Shown in pieces: positions 41,443 through 55,197 of a DNA stretch of 64,000 nt; position 1 is the stretch's first letter, and the number at the start of each line of letters is the position of its first letter. The notes below the pieces were generated by a model, which saw nothing but the letters and a program-made list of their open reading frames with translations, was not told the DNA's origin and searched no databases. The translations under genes were made by a program, and so were the position numbers. Origin of the DNA: the human T2T-CHM13v2.0 reference genome, Homo sapiens. The stretch lies in the NCBI RefSeq assembly GCF_009914755.1, contig NC_060926.1; one strand, given 5' to 3'.

Positions 41443-42269
41443 TTTTCTAATTTGACCGTGAAAGCAAAGCAGATGAGCTCTTGCTGTTCTGCAGACTCCG
41501 GCATGGGCCTGCCTAGTGTGTCTGTCCTCTGCATTTCTATTGATAGCACCAGATCCCCTGCGGCCCGTGGACTCCTCCCCACTGACCCCAACCTCATTGC
41601 ATGCTTGGAGGACAGGACAAGGGCCAGGAGACAGGATCCTTCCGGTCCTTCATGTCTGAGATGAGGAGATAGAGCAACAAAGAACTTCTAGGTCTTTGAA
41701 GAGACTTTTGTCACCAGGAAAAGTATTTGTTTTTAAACTTAGGAAATGAAGTACAATGAGTGGGAGGTGCCCTGAGGTGGGAAGGCCCTGTGGTCACTGT
41801 GCGGTCTCTCTCATTGGTGTCTGACACACCCATCCCCACCGCAACCGCGGGGTGTCATCAGCTGGGCCCATCTCCTTCCCGGTGTCTGCCCCCCGCCCCA
41901 TTCCTCCCTGAAGGTCTCTGGGCTGTCTCTGCAGCACTTGCCCGTGGGAGACAAAGCGTCTCTCAGTCCTAGTGCTGTCTCAGAAGCCTGGGGTTCCGCA
42001 AGACTGGCCTGGAAAGAGCCGCCTCTTTCTGTCTTTTGTGTGCTTTGTCACCGCGGCACTGGCAGGGTGTCTTAAGCCTATTGAAGCCGTCCAGGAAATG
42101 TGCGTTGAATGAATGGCACAGGCTTGGCAATGCTGTTACCAGGAGATTCTCAGAACAATCCCGCAGTTTCCGTTACTTCCTGTTAAGACAGCCGCTGCCA
42201 CTCGGGTGCTGTGATGGGCACGGAACAGTAGTCACGGTGGTTTACTGGTGGTGATGGTGTGGATACAGC

Positions 42270-42440
42270 GCTGGCTCTGTGCGGGTCGTGTTCTAAGTGC
42301 TTTACAAAATTACTTAATCCTGACAAGTGCCCCATGGGGAGGGATAGGTACGGTTATCCCCATTTCACAGATGAGGAAACTGAGGCTCAGAGACATGAAG
42401 AACCTGCCCAAGGAGCCACAGTGAGTAAGTGGGGGAGCTG
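42270..42440 (-). mobile_element. MIR
   Basis: ttatccccatttcacagatgaggaaactgaggctcagaga...cctgcccaagg. Confidence 0.85.
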
Positions 42441-42469
42441 AGGTGTGAGCCTGGAGCTGGTGCTTCCAC

Positions 42470-42680
42470 CACCGCACTGCCTGACAGAACTTTCTCGACG
42501 GTAAAAACCTCCTGCGTCTGCACTGCCCAGTGCCGTCACGGCTGGCGCCATGTGGCTGTTGAGTGATTGAAACGTGGCCAGTCAGTGCCATCAAGGAGCT
42601 GCATTTTAAGTTTGATTCTAGTTCATTTAAATTGAAATAGCCACACAGGGCCAGCGGCCACCCTACTGCCAGCATTACAG
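42470..42680. mobile_element. MER3-like hAT-Charlie element
   Basis: agaactttc...catgtggctgttgag...tgaaacgtggc...aaatagccacac resembles MER3. Confidence 0.7.
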
Positions 42681-43404
42681 ACTAACTGATCGTCAAGTAT
42701 TGAACCACCTGACTTGGCAGTTCAAGGTGTTACAGGTTCAGAGAGGGCCCACATGATCATACCAGCCCATAATCGAGGATGCTTACCACCAAAAACTTGT
42801 GCTCTGCCGGTATTTTGAAAGCATATGATTTTCTGGAATATCTGCCCAGAGCTGTAGGAGACAGTTGCGTTTGAGGCAGCATGGGCTCCTCATTCTGAAA
42901 CGGACTGTCTTAAGGCTTGCTTCAATTTGCTGACACCGTGGGCTTCGATGCTGTTGGTTCTACAGTTCTCAGAACGGTCCTGTCCCTGGCCTGAGTGTGG
43001 ATGGACGAGATCCTGGCAGGCCCACCAGCTCTGCTCTAGCCCAAGTGCCTTCTTGTTGTGGCATCAGCGGGCACTCGTCCTCATCGGCACCCCCAGCAGA
43101 TCCCTTGTGTGCTGAGGAGTGCTCAGGGACTGAAGAAAGCGCTGCTTTGTTCCCTAGGCAGCCTCCAAGTGCCTATAGGGCTGCAATTGTTTCCCTCCTA
43201 GCGCAGCCCCCCCAGGACAGGTGGCACTTTAGGTCAGCGTCTCAGGAACCCAGCCCCTGCTTCACAAACGCAGCAGTGACATGATGTCATGGCAAGCCTC
43301 CAATAGGCCCTTTATGTAACATTTTGCAATAAATCTTTTGAAATCTGTCAGAGAAAAAAATTCAATGTTCGCTTTCTTCTCAAGAGTGGTAGTACCATGC
43401 CTTA

Positions 43405-43709
43405 TGTTTTATTTTCTTTCTTTCTTTTTTTTTTGTTACGGGGTCTCACTCTGTCACCCAGGCTGGAGTGCAGTGGCGCCATCTCGGCTCACTGCAACCT
43501 GCCTCCTGGGTTCAAGTGATTCTCGTGCCTCAGCCTCCCAAGTAGCTGGGATGACAGGCACCCACCACCACATCTGGCTAATTTTTTATTTTTAGTAGAC
43601 AAGATTTTACCATGTTGGCCAGGCTATGCTCAAACTCCTGACCTCGTCATCCGCCTGCCTTGGCCTCCCAAAGTGCTGGGATGACAGGCCTGAGCCACTG
43701 CGCCCGGCC
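43405..43709 (-). mobile_element. Alu (AluS)
   Basis: Antisense body with T-rich tail. Confidence 0.95.
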
Positions 43710-45096
43710 TGATGTTTTCTGAAGTTGTGCTGTGGTCAGATCGTCCATGACCAGTTGCTTTTGGTGCTGCACAGGAGCCAACCGCTGCTGGCTGCAGATG
43801 TGTGCCCAACAGCAAAAGCTTGATGCTTCTGTCAGAGGGGAAGGCACATAGGCTCTGGACATCTTGCCTGTGTAGGGGACCTCAGTCCCCAGCTCCTCAC
43901 ATCCTATTTGTGTGTTTTCATTGAACTCCAACTGGAATTTTTACTAAAAGCCTTGATTTCCTTTTCAGCAAACCTCAGGGTTAGTGTGGGGCTCTGGAGA
44001 AATCAGTTTAGGAAGACATTGCATTCCCTTTGGCCTTGTGATGTGAAGGGCCGAGTATGGGTTCCAACGCACTTCATGTGCCTGCACAGACGGTGACCCC
44101 TGCACAGAGGTTGACAGTGGCAACCTCTTCCTGCCTTAAGTACGTAGTTCTGTGATTTTCAAGACACCTCATTCCTCCTCATGTAGCTCTTTGGCTCGCT
44201 CTGGATTGATTTCCTCCGTCTTGGTTTACTTCCAGCAGTCGCTCCGACAGCTTCACGGGTGGCGTGACACACTTGAAACGGCATTTTGACCCCTTATTTT
44301 ATTTTCCTTTCACCATCAACTGTTAATTTCCACCAGCGTTTCAAATTAAAATGATGCCATCGTGTGTGACTGAGGTGGTCTGTGAGATGGCTGTTCCAGC
44401 CAAACCAAACCCCTTCCCACTCCACTCCAAGATTGATTGCCCTAAGGGAGAACTTAGGGGAGAGCTTAATCTTTGCCCATCTTGTTAGGTGGAAGAAGGC
44501 AGGAACGTTGCTATGCAGAGAAGGCACAGACCAAAGGATGTTTGGTTTTGGAGCATTTTCTTCCTCGAGAAAGAGAAACTGATCTTAATTAAAAATTTAA
44601 TTCTGTGGCATACTGTTTTGGATTTTCCCAGCATGAAGCTGACATGAAGCGGGTGCCCTTGAGCAAAAGAATAATTAGTAGGTAGAAATTCTCCGATTAT
44701 AGAGGCCCAGGGTAAAAAAAGATGTACGTCGGATTAGGAGGGGAAACAGCTTTATTTAGAATCTGTCCACACAGCCTGGCTTGAGCCTGGCTCTGAGCCT
44801 TAGTAATAAGCATCTCATTCACTCACCAGCAGTGCAGTCATGCATGTACTCATCCGTTCTTTTACTCGGCCCGTGCTCTTGAGCGTCTGCCTTGGGCTCT
44901 GCATTACGCAGGGATTCAGAGAACAAGGCAAATGAGACAAGGTGCCTGTCCTTGAGGAATTGTCAGTATTGGAGGAAGCCAGATCAACACACTGATGTTT
45001 CCAAAATAATGTGTTCCCTTGTGAGATATCCTTGGGGCAGAGACCTAAGGGAGCTTTGAGGAAAGGCACCCAGTTGAGGCTGTGGCATCAGGAAGG

Positions 45097-45785
<689 letters not shown>

Positions 45786-46165
45786 GTTGAAGGCTTCTCA
45801 GAGGAGGTGACATCTGAACTGATAGTAAGAGTAGGTTTCGGGGAATGATTGATATGGAAAGCTTTAGTTGCCTGGAGACAGCAAGGCCTGTTAGGATGGG
45901 GCTTGGTAGCTGATTGACTAGAAGGCCAAGCAGGGAGCGGGCAGATGAGAGGCGGGAGGGTTGTAACTGGGGTGTAAGAGGACAGGACCGAGCATAGGTT
46001 TTAGAAAGGCCACTCTGGCTGATGAGTAGAGAGTGGGAGCGGCCAGGACTGGGTGACAGAGAACATTTGGATCCATGAGCCATCACTCAGACAGCAGACC
46101 ACGGTGGCCTGTAAATCACTGAGAACCTTTTTTCCACACTGTCATGCCAAATTTGTTCTCTTATA

Positions 46166-46488
46166 TGTTTGTTTGTTTTCTTTTTTGTTGTTGTTTTTGT
46201 TTTGTTTTGAGACAGAGTCTCGCTCTGTCACCCAGGCTGGAGTCCAGTGGTGTATCTCGGCTCACTGCAACCTCCGCCTCCTGGGTTCAGGCGATTCTCC
46301 TGCCTTAGCCTCCTGAGTAGCTGGGACTACAGGCGTGTGCCACCACGCCTTGTTATTTTTTTGTAGTTTTAGTAGAGATGGGATTTCACCGTGTTAGCCA
46401 GGATGGTCTCGATCTCCTGACTTCATGATCTGCCCGCTTCGGCCCCCCAAAGTGCCGGGATTACAGGCGTGAGCCACCGTGCCCAGCC
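46166..46488 (-). mobile_element. Alu (AluSc/Y-like)
   Basis: Antisense body; TSD-like tttgttctctta / tttgttctta. Confidence 0.95.
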
Positions 46489-48948
46489 CTGTGTTTGTTC
46501 TTAATAGCTATTGGCTTCATCATCTACTTAACCAACGTTCCTTCCTCCCTCCTGTCTCTCCTCCTCTCCCCTTTATTTCCATCTCTCCTCCCTCCCATCC
46601 TTCTTCCTTGTCATCCATCTATCCATCGACCCATCTTGTGTTTACCAGGACTTTGTTGGAGCCAGGGACTATGACAAGTGTACAGATTCGGAGCTGGTGT
46701 CTTGGCCCGTATCCAGAGACAGAGATCTTGGCCCTCGGGGTCCTAAGTGTAGTGGGAGGTGGAGCCCAGGGCCTCACCAGCCACTGTCAAGGCTGTCTGG
46801 GGGTGAGGGGAAAGCAGGGAAGCTTTCCCAAGAGAAAGTGAAGCCCTCCTCAGGTGAAAGGGGAGGGGTGCTCAGGTGACAGGAGCAGTGAAGTGTTCTT
46901 GCGGCAAGTTCATGGACCTGCTGGGCCTGTTAGCTGCCAGCAAAGTTGTGTGCGAGGATTTGGAAGGAGACAGTTTGTTCCTAAAATGTTTGGAGTTGGG
47001 CCTCCAGGCAGCAGGAGTCTCCCACGGCTTATGAAATGAAGGAGTGCCACTTTCTCATGGTCACTTTGTTTCTAGGAACCTCTCTGGTGTTCTCGGGTTG
47101 AAAAGCAGGTGCTTGCAGGCAGAGAGAGGCCCTAGAGGCTGCTTCCTTGATCCGTGCACACTGGAGAGTCCACACTGAGGTGGCAGCAAGGTGCCCAGGA
47201 GGGAGCGGACTCCCTGACTTCCAGCCACTGGGAGTCGGGGATGGCCTCCAGCTTTCTGGCTTGAGAGGCTGGGTGTGATGTGGCCTCAGAAGCTGATGAG
47301 GAGACTGGGAGAGAGAGGCAAGGTGTGGACCCATCGAGGCGTGAATACCGCATAGGTGGCGTACGGATGTATATAAAGTCCTGGTGGGAGCTAAGTAGGG
47401 GCGCCTGGAGCTGGGGTGGACGGCGGCCAGGGGATGCGATTTGGGAATAGGCAGCTTTTTTTTCCCCCCACATCCAACCTTCTATCAATGAGTTATGATT
47501 CCAGAGTCTGCAGGGTGTCTCCTGTTAAATGGAATCGCAGCTCATTGAGAGAAGGTTGGATGTGGACAGGCGCATGTTGGGACATTAGAGTGGAGGATCA
47601 GCTGGAGATGTGAGGATGGAGCCCTGGCGAGTCCCAGTATGTCCCTGCAGATGGAGGAAGAACCCACAGGGCTGGGAGGGAGGTAGAGGCGGAAGCCAGT
47701 GTGAGAGTTGGAAGAGAGTGTCTTAACAGCAGCTGCTGGTGATGGGGCCAGGTCAGAGCGAGACAGGCTAGTGGCTTTGAAATGGAAGTTGCGGGTGACC
47801 TAGTGGGCAGTTTCCTGGTAGCAACAGGGCCAGAGCTTCAGATAATTTGAGTGGAGGCAGGAGGGAGGTCAACAAGTGGAACCGAGAGCAAGCGGGGTGA
47901 GTCCCAGCTCAGGGAATGGCAGGTGGCCTTAATGAGCACCTGTGCCTGGGGATGGGTGCCTTGTGATGTTTTGGGCTTTTTAAGGAATCGATTAGATCAT
48001 GCTTAAATTTGATCACTAGCGATGTTCTAGTGGGGGAGGAAAAGGTTAAAATGCAGGAGATTTTTGATGAGCAGCTTCCCAGAGAAGGCGGCATGGGGGG
48101 TATCCAGCTCCCAAGCACAGGGAAAGGGAGGCTCCCTGTAGGATCGGCCACTTGGAGGCTGGGAGGCCAGGTGTGTCTCCTGTGTCAACAGGGAGGCTTC
48201 CTGTGAAGAATCCCCTGGAAAGTCAGCCTTGCCGCCAGGTTACTGCTAGGACAGAGGCCCTCATGTCACCCTCCCTCCTGAGGGTCGCCTTCTAATCCAG
48301 CACAAACGAGCACCTTTGCCGTCTCTCCCAGCAGCCCTGGCACTGTCCCCTTTTTCTCGGAGATGCCTTGGTGGGTCCTGTGTCTGGGAGGCAGGTGTGT
48401 GCCCTCCTCGCCTGTGTGGCCGGCCCCTGCCTTGCTCCTCCACCCCCAGGTCTCCCCACACTGCCCTTTTCTGCTCCTGTTGTCCTGCCCCCAAGTCTAC
48501 CCTAGACTCATCCCCTAAAGATGCTACCATGCATGGGTCCTCGCCACTCTCCCCACGTCACTCACCTCTGCCCTCGGGTGCCACCTCACCTGCTGCTTTT
48601 CCCAGTCTCTGGAGGGTGCACAGTAGATGCCGGCGGGCTAACTCAAGGAACACAGCCCTGATGTAAACAATGTGCTTGTTTTCTGGAAGAATGCCAAACC
48701 AGTGTTTATACCAGCATTGCTGATGCCGTTGCAGCTGTTGAGGCTGATGAGAACGTGAGATGTTAATTAAGAGTGTTGGACTCCCTTTTACTCCAATGGA
48801 AGTATTGAATGAGCTTGTTTTTGGCCATCCAGCCAGTGCTTGGTTATGTTTGTGTTTAGGCCTCCTGTCTATTTTAGCCTCTTAGTATTTGCAAAATGCC
48901 AAATAGAGTGATTTGATGATGCTTAACGGTTGTCCGTTTCTGTTTCAG

Positions 48949-49036
48949 GGAATTGTGGGTAACTTGGCCAGCGGCAAGTCTGCCCTGGTGCACCGGTACC
49001 TGACGGGCACATATGTCCAGGAGGAGTCTCCGGAAG
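48949..49036 (+). CDS. AGAP1: AGAP1 coding exon (canonical exon 3): [29 protein letters not shown](G), P-loop of the GTPase-like domain
   Basis: Acceptor tccgtttctgtttcag|GG, donor AAG|gtatgc; 88 nt; phase 0 start continues the previous exon; GxxxxGKS motif. Confidence 0.97.
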
Positions 49037-52000
49037 GTATGCTGTTTGGCAGGCAGTTGCAAACTTAAGAATGTAGTTTTTTAAAATTTTTCCTTAGCAT
49101 ATTATAAATCATGACTTTGATGTATCACAGGTCAAGAAAGCAATAAAACATACCAAGCGGTAAAAACCCTTAAGTATGTGGTTTCTTCTGTAGTATTTTT
49201 AGCAAACCCGTTATATTCACTTTGATATCTGGAATAGCGCAGTAGAACCATGAAATACTATTGAATTTATTTCTTATCTAATTGTTCTGTCCTTTCAAAT
49301 GTCCTTTTTAATCCAGTGTCCTTCTTATCCATTGTTGCTCCTTTAAATATTGACTGGACATTCCTGTGATCTGGATATTGAATTTATACATAATTTGTAT
49401 GTAATGTTACTTAGTCATAGATAAGAGCCTTCCGGGATAAGACGTTCAGATTACCACCACCATATGTTTGAGTATGTTTCCCCCCTTATATTATAAACAT
49501 TTAATAATCATTTTGCATGAGAGTAAGATTTTTTTTTTTGCCATTAGGCATTTGCTTCTTCAGTTAACATGTCCATATTTTATTTTTTGCCTTAAATAAA
49601 ATTATGATAATGGTAGGAAGCATTTAGCTCCCGTGTCCCCTAACGAAGGGGTGTAGTTGACAAGCAGTTTTCTAAATGAAATTTTCTCTCCGTGTAACTT
49701 TGTTAAATCCAACTCTGAGACACTGAATTTCTGGTTCCTTCTTTTTCTTACTGGCTGTTCCATTCTTTGCAGATATGGATGCAGGTAACTATTCATTTTC
49801 TTCATGGCAGCGCTTGTCTTGTTTTGGAGAGAGAGGAAAGGCACCACTTTGTACTGTAGCGTTCCCTTCCCTCCTTGTTCTGTGTACCATCCTGTTTTGT
49901 TTCATTTTATCTTTTTCTTCAGTTGAACATTCCACCCTGTTTTGTCCCTTAGTTGTCTTTTTAGCAGTAGTCCCAAGCAGCTTCACCTGTTCCCTGTAAC
50001 ACCTGTCCTAGCATTTAACTCTTGTCCTGAATACTGCGGAACCGTTCGGAGAAGTATAAAAGTGGCTTGAGGCTCTGCCACCGTTTTGCAGAATTGTGTA
50101 GTCATGTCATGAACACCTCATGCATCAGGAAGAGACCTTCCATACTGAAATGATGATCTAGGAAGATTAGAGGTGATAATGAAGGCTTGTATGTAGGGGT
50201 CAATAGGAGAAAGCTTGCCTGTTCACTGAGAAATGCATACAGATGCCAGAAAATGGCATGATTTGGAGAAATGAGCAAAGGCCACATTTTGCCAGGGCTC
50301 TGTCCCTGGGTTTTGACGGCTTTTATTTGCTCCTTTGTGTCGGAATATGAATTTTAGCCACGGCCAGCTGGTGACACCTTTTAGAGAATCTTTTAGAGAT
50401 TTTTCCTTTGGGTTTTCCACTTATTTTCAAGGGCTAGCTATTGTAGAGGTTATACAGAGGTTAACTCACCTGCAAATGAAATGACCACCTTTTCTAAGTA
50501 AATCTACTTTCAGGGCCCTGCAACTCTGTGGATTTCAAGCTGGGACCACAGGAAGTTACATGAGTCGGGCCTGGTTTTGTTGCTGTTGCTCTGGCAGTCT
50601 CTGGCCCTGGGGTTCAGGTGTCTGGTGGGGCAGCGCTGGAGGCCCTGGGTTTCTGGAGTAAGAACAAGGACCACGACTCACTCATGGTGGCCTTTCTGCT
50701 ATATGGCTATTTGGTCATTTTTGTGGCTTTTCGCTGTTTTCCCTTTGGGCATTCACAGTGTGTTCCATTGTATTTGGGCCCAGCTGGGATGTCTTTTGCA
50801 GTGCATAATTGACCCTTACATGTTGACTCACACCAAAGCATTTCTCTTGAACGTTTATACATCAAAAGGAAGGATTGTGGGGTGACCTAAACTGATCACT
50901 AACATCCCTGCTTCTTTGATTTTTCAAGTAATGCATTTTACTGCACTGAAATTTCATAGTATTGTGTATGGTTTTTAAAAATACATTATTTTTAAGAGTA
51001 GGAGCGTGGGTGAGTACCTTCCTTTCTTCATCTGCAAAGTGGAAGTAGCTCATCCCCTCCATGGGGCCCCATGCCCAAGGCTTCCTGGGTCAGGGGAAAG
51101 ATCATGATCCCTGACCTTTTCTCATGCCCTGCAGCAGCCCTCCCTGGGCATGTGGCCTCTCACCTTTTGACTCGAGGTCCCAGGGATTGTTCTGTGGGAG
51201 TGTGAGGAGCTGACAGCAGCAGACACCCAGGTGCACCCCAGTGGGTGTGTGTCTAGGGCCCCTGGGTGCTGAAAGAATTATGAATACATGGCTCCTTGTG
51301 CCTGGAAGCTTCTTAGTCCTGCTGAATTCATGCTTCTCATGGCTGAGCCACCTTTCCCGTGTAGAACCAAGCAGGTGGCCACTGTCTTTGCCCCTCTTAA
51401 TGAGACCAGGGAATGGACTTCTACTTCCTGTTCATGTGACTGTGTGCCTCATGACAGTGGCAGGAGGGAGCCATAACTTGTTGTAATGTCACTTGTAATG
51501 AAGGGAGCCATACTTGTTGTTTGGGAAAGAAAACAAATGAGAAGCCGTGTTTCTTTCATACCACGGTCTTGCCATCCTGAAATTCCCTCTCATGCTCAGG
51601 GAGCCTGTACCTGGAAAGTGATTTCAATTTTTGTCCAGTGAGTTAGTGTTGATCAATTACCCATGCTTTGCTTAATTGAGAAGCTTTAGGTATAGAGTGT
51701 TGTGGGTTTGGGATATAATTTACTGTGTTGTCACCTGGGTGTGTGGAGACTATCAAAGGGATGTGTTGTCCTCGGGGAGTGCTGGAGGCTGACAAAGCTG
51801 ATGATGGCCCAGCCTCACCTGTGGTTACTTACCCACACAAAGGTGAGGGCACTCCCACAGTGGTGGGAGTGGTTGGCGCCCGGTTGAGGGATTGGATTTT
51901 GAGTGAGCTCTGTGGCCTTCCCATTTCTTGGTGTACTGCTGCCTTCTCATCAGACCTCCTTTCCTCTTACAACTGCTAGAGCGATCAACTGGGCAGCTAC

Positions 52001-52071
52001 TTTGAATGAAAGGCATTTTGCTGTGTATCTGCCTGTCCAGATAGTTCCTTGGATTCTCCCTGCGCTTCTTA

Positions 52072-52867
52072 ATGTCTGTGCCCTGTTCTTCTGATTTAAT
52101 TAGTGCGTGAGTATCCTTTATGTCATAATCCTGACCCGTGGCTGGGATATGTAGACTGCTGGGAGGGGTGAGGGTGAGGGCCTTCCTGTCTTCAGGGGAG
52201 AGCTCTCTCGTGGTAGAAACATTTCTGGTGCAGAGCCGTCTCCAGATCCAAGCCTGCTTTTCCTCAGATACATCAGATGCATTTTAGCTCCATCCCAGAG
52301 GGTAATATCTGCTGTCTTTTCGTTGTATGATGCATTTTGGTTGATATTTTATTCTTGTAGTGAAGAGAGCCAACTCACAAGATTTAGATTATTTTATTTT
52401 ATTTATTTATTTATTTTGAGATGGAGTCTTACTCTGTCACCCAGACTGGAGTGCAGTGGCGTGATCTCAGCTCACTCCAACCTCTGCCTCCAGGATTCAA
52501 GTGATCCTCCTGCCGCAGCCTCCTGAGTAGCTGGGATTACAGGCACCCCCCACCGCGCCCGGATAATTTTTGTATTTTTGGTAGAGGCAGGGTTTCACCA
52601 TGTTGGCCAGACTGGTCTTGAACTCCTGACCTTAAGTGATCCACCTGCCTGGGCCTCCCAAAGTGCTGGGATTACAGGCATGAGCCACCACGTCCAGCCA
52701 AGACTTAGATAATTTTAAAGATGCAGTTCAAATGAGGGAAGGATATAAATATTCTGTTTTTCAATTAGTGAATTAACAACACAAAAGTGGGTAACACCGT
52801 AGGGAACTTGTGATTCCATGAAATCAGTCAAAGAGTAAACCTCTTGGATTGACAGATTCCTTAATAT

Positions 52868-52900
<33 letters not shown>

Positions 52901-53873
52901 ACCTAGGTGTGTAATATATGTATGTGTACTTCAGTCCTAGCACTGTAGTAACGAACTGCCACACACAGTGTGGCTTAAAACAGAAATGTATTCTCATAGT
53001 TCTCAGAAGTCTGAAATCAAGGTGTTGACGGGGTTGGTTCCTTCTGCAGCTTAGAGGTTGAATCTGTTCTATGTCTGTGCGGTTCTGATTTAATTAGTGT
53101 GTGCATATCCTTTATATTCTAATCCTGACCCATGGCTGGGATATGTAGATTGCTGGGAGGGGTGAGGTGGTGAGGGCCTTCCTGTCTTCAGGGGAGAGCT
53201 CTCTTGTGGTAGAAACATTTCTGGTGCAGAGCCGTCTCCAGATCCAGGCCTCCTTTTCAGCAGATACATCAGATGCATTTTAGCTCCATCCCAGAGGGTA
53301 ACATCTGCTGTCTTAATTGTGTGATGCATTTTGGTTGATATTTTATTGTTACAGTGAAGAGAGCCAACTCACAGATTTAGATGATTTTAAAGATGCAGTT
53401 CAAATGAGGGAAGGATGTAAATACTGTTTTTCAATTAGTGAATTAACAGTGCAAAAGTGGGTTACTCCATAGAGAGCTTGTGATTTCATGAAAGCCATCA
53501 AAGAGTAAACCTCTTGTATAGACAGATTCCTTAATTGGGTGTGCGTGCTCACACGTGTGTGTGCACATCTGGGTGTGTAATATATGTATGTGTACCTCAG
53601 TCCTAGGGCTGTGGTAACAAAGTACCACAAACTGGCTTAAAACAGAAATGTATTCTCACAAGTCGGAAATCAAGGTGTTGACGGGGTTGGTCCTTCTGCA
53701 GACTTTGAGGTTGAATCTGTTGCATGTCTGTGCACAGTTGTTCTGATTTAATTAGTGCGTGAATATACTTTATCCTAATCATGACCTGTGGCTGGTATAC
53801 GTAGATGGCTGGGTTATGTAGATGGCTGGGAGGGTTAAGGTGGTGAGGGCCTTCCTGTCTTCAGGGGAGAGCT
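52072..53873. repeat. Old local tandem duplication: two full ~650-680-bp copies (52072-53070 including an Alu; 53071-53723) and one partial copy (53724-53873)
   Basis: Each copy starts atgtctgtgc...ttctgatttaattagtg and shares ggtgagggccttcctgtcttcaggggagagct. Confidence 0.92.
52390..52699 (-). mobile_element. Alu (AluS) present only in copy 1 of the duplication
   Basis: TSD aagatttagat / aagacttagat; empty site agatttagat in copy 2 (~53373). Confidence 0.95.
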
Positions 53874-54154
53874 TCTGGTGGCTGTCAGCAATCCATGCTG
53901 TTTCTTGGCTCATAGACTCCTAACCCCAGTCTCTGCCTCTGTCATCACAGTGTTTTCCTGGCTATCTGTGACTGTCCAAACTTTTTCTTATAAGGACACC
54001 AGCCATTGGATTTAGGGCCCATCCTCCTCCAGCATGACATCATCTTTACTTGATCCCATCTGCAAAGACCCTCTATCCAGGTGAGGTCACACCATAGGTC
54101 CCAGGGGTTAGGGCTTGAACGTATCTTCTAGGGGATACAATTCAACCCACAGCA
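53591..54154 (-). mobile_element. MaLR LTR (MLT1B/C-like), split by the partial third repeat copy
   Basis: tgtacctcagtcctagggctg...taacaaagtaccacaaactggcttaaaac...[insert]...gcttctggtggctg...ttataaggacaccagccattggatttagggccc...caattcaacccacagca; near-TSD gtatg/gtgtg. Confidence 0.8.
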
Positions 54155-54182
54155 GTGTGTGTTATATACCTGTGATGTTCTC

Positions 54183-54394
54183 CAGGGATGTCCAATCTTT
54201 TGGCTTTGCTGGGCTACATTGGAAGAGGAAGAATTGTCTTGGGCCACACATAAAATACACTAACACTAACAATAGCAAATGAGCTAAAAAAAAAAAAAAT
54301 TATACACACACTAAAAACTCATGTGTTAAGAAAGTTTACAAATTAGCGTTGGGCCGCATCCAAAGCTGTCCTGGTTGGCAGGTTAGAGAAGCTT
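54183..54394. mobile_element. MER30-like hAT-Charlie element
   Basis: cagggatgtccaatcttttggc...gaattgtcttgggccacacataaaatacactaacactaac...aagcttg. Confidence 0.8.
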
Positions 54395-55160
54395 GGTTTA
54401 GACGGTCGCTGCACTTAGAACTGTTGGAGTTGGCCCCATCACTTGGTGGTGGTCATGGTTCTGCCAGTGATGCTTTTGCAAGCTCTGCTGGTGTTCTAGA
54501 ACCTCACAAGGACTCATCGGCTGGCAGTGACCTTCACACCTCTGAGGACAATTTCACAGCTGCCGTTCACTTCCTATAAAGAGAATGAGATGAAAATTAG
54601 TTATTTGCCAATTGAGCCCTATTAATGGCTGCTGATTAGAATCGTGTGACATTTTGGGTGTGTAATGTGACTTCCCTCGTGGTGTGTTTATGTGCTTAAT
54701 ATTCAGCGTCCCCCAACACAGACCCCACATGATGCCACTCAGCTTTTAACTCTCCTTTCAAAAGAGAAAAAGTCAAAGGAAACAAAGCTAGGATGTCCAG
54801 TATTATGTGGACATTAGATAGGAAATGTGGACCTGCCCAAGACACTTCACCCCCTGCAGGTGGGGAGAGTGTGGCGTCCTCCTGAGATCTTTTCAGGTTG
54901 CAGAACTGAGTCATTGCTCTGAGACCCGTTCCCCAGGACAACTCTCTCTGTGTCACCCATGGCATCACAGGCACCCTGGGCCATGGGCCCTCCCGAGCTG
55001 TGCAGGTTAGCTTGTGTGCCAGAAGGACCTGAGGACCAGAAAAGCTGAAAGCCAGCACCACGCTGAGATCGTGGCACACCTGAGGAGGGCAGAAAGGTGG
55101 CCCCACAAGCTTCCCAAGATGAAACTAAACTGTATATGGATTGAGTGGGAGCTTTTATCG

Positions 55161-55197
55161 TTGGTTGGTTGGTTGGTTGGTTGGTTGGTTGGTTGGT
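55161..55197. repeat. (TTGG)9 tetranucleotide microsatellite
   Basis: Read directly. Confidence 0.9.

Noticed and set aside
51465-51520. Short direct repeats (also 6475-6525, 12840-12905, 63367-63412)
   Set aside because: Ordinary slippage micro-duplications with no further structure
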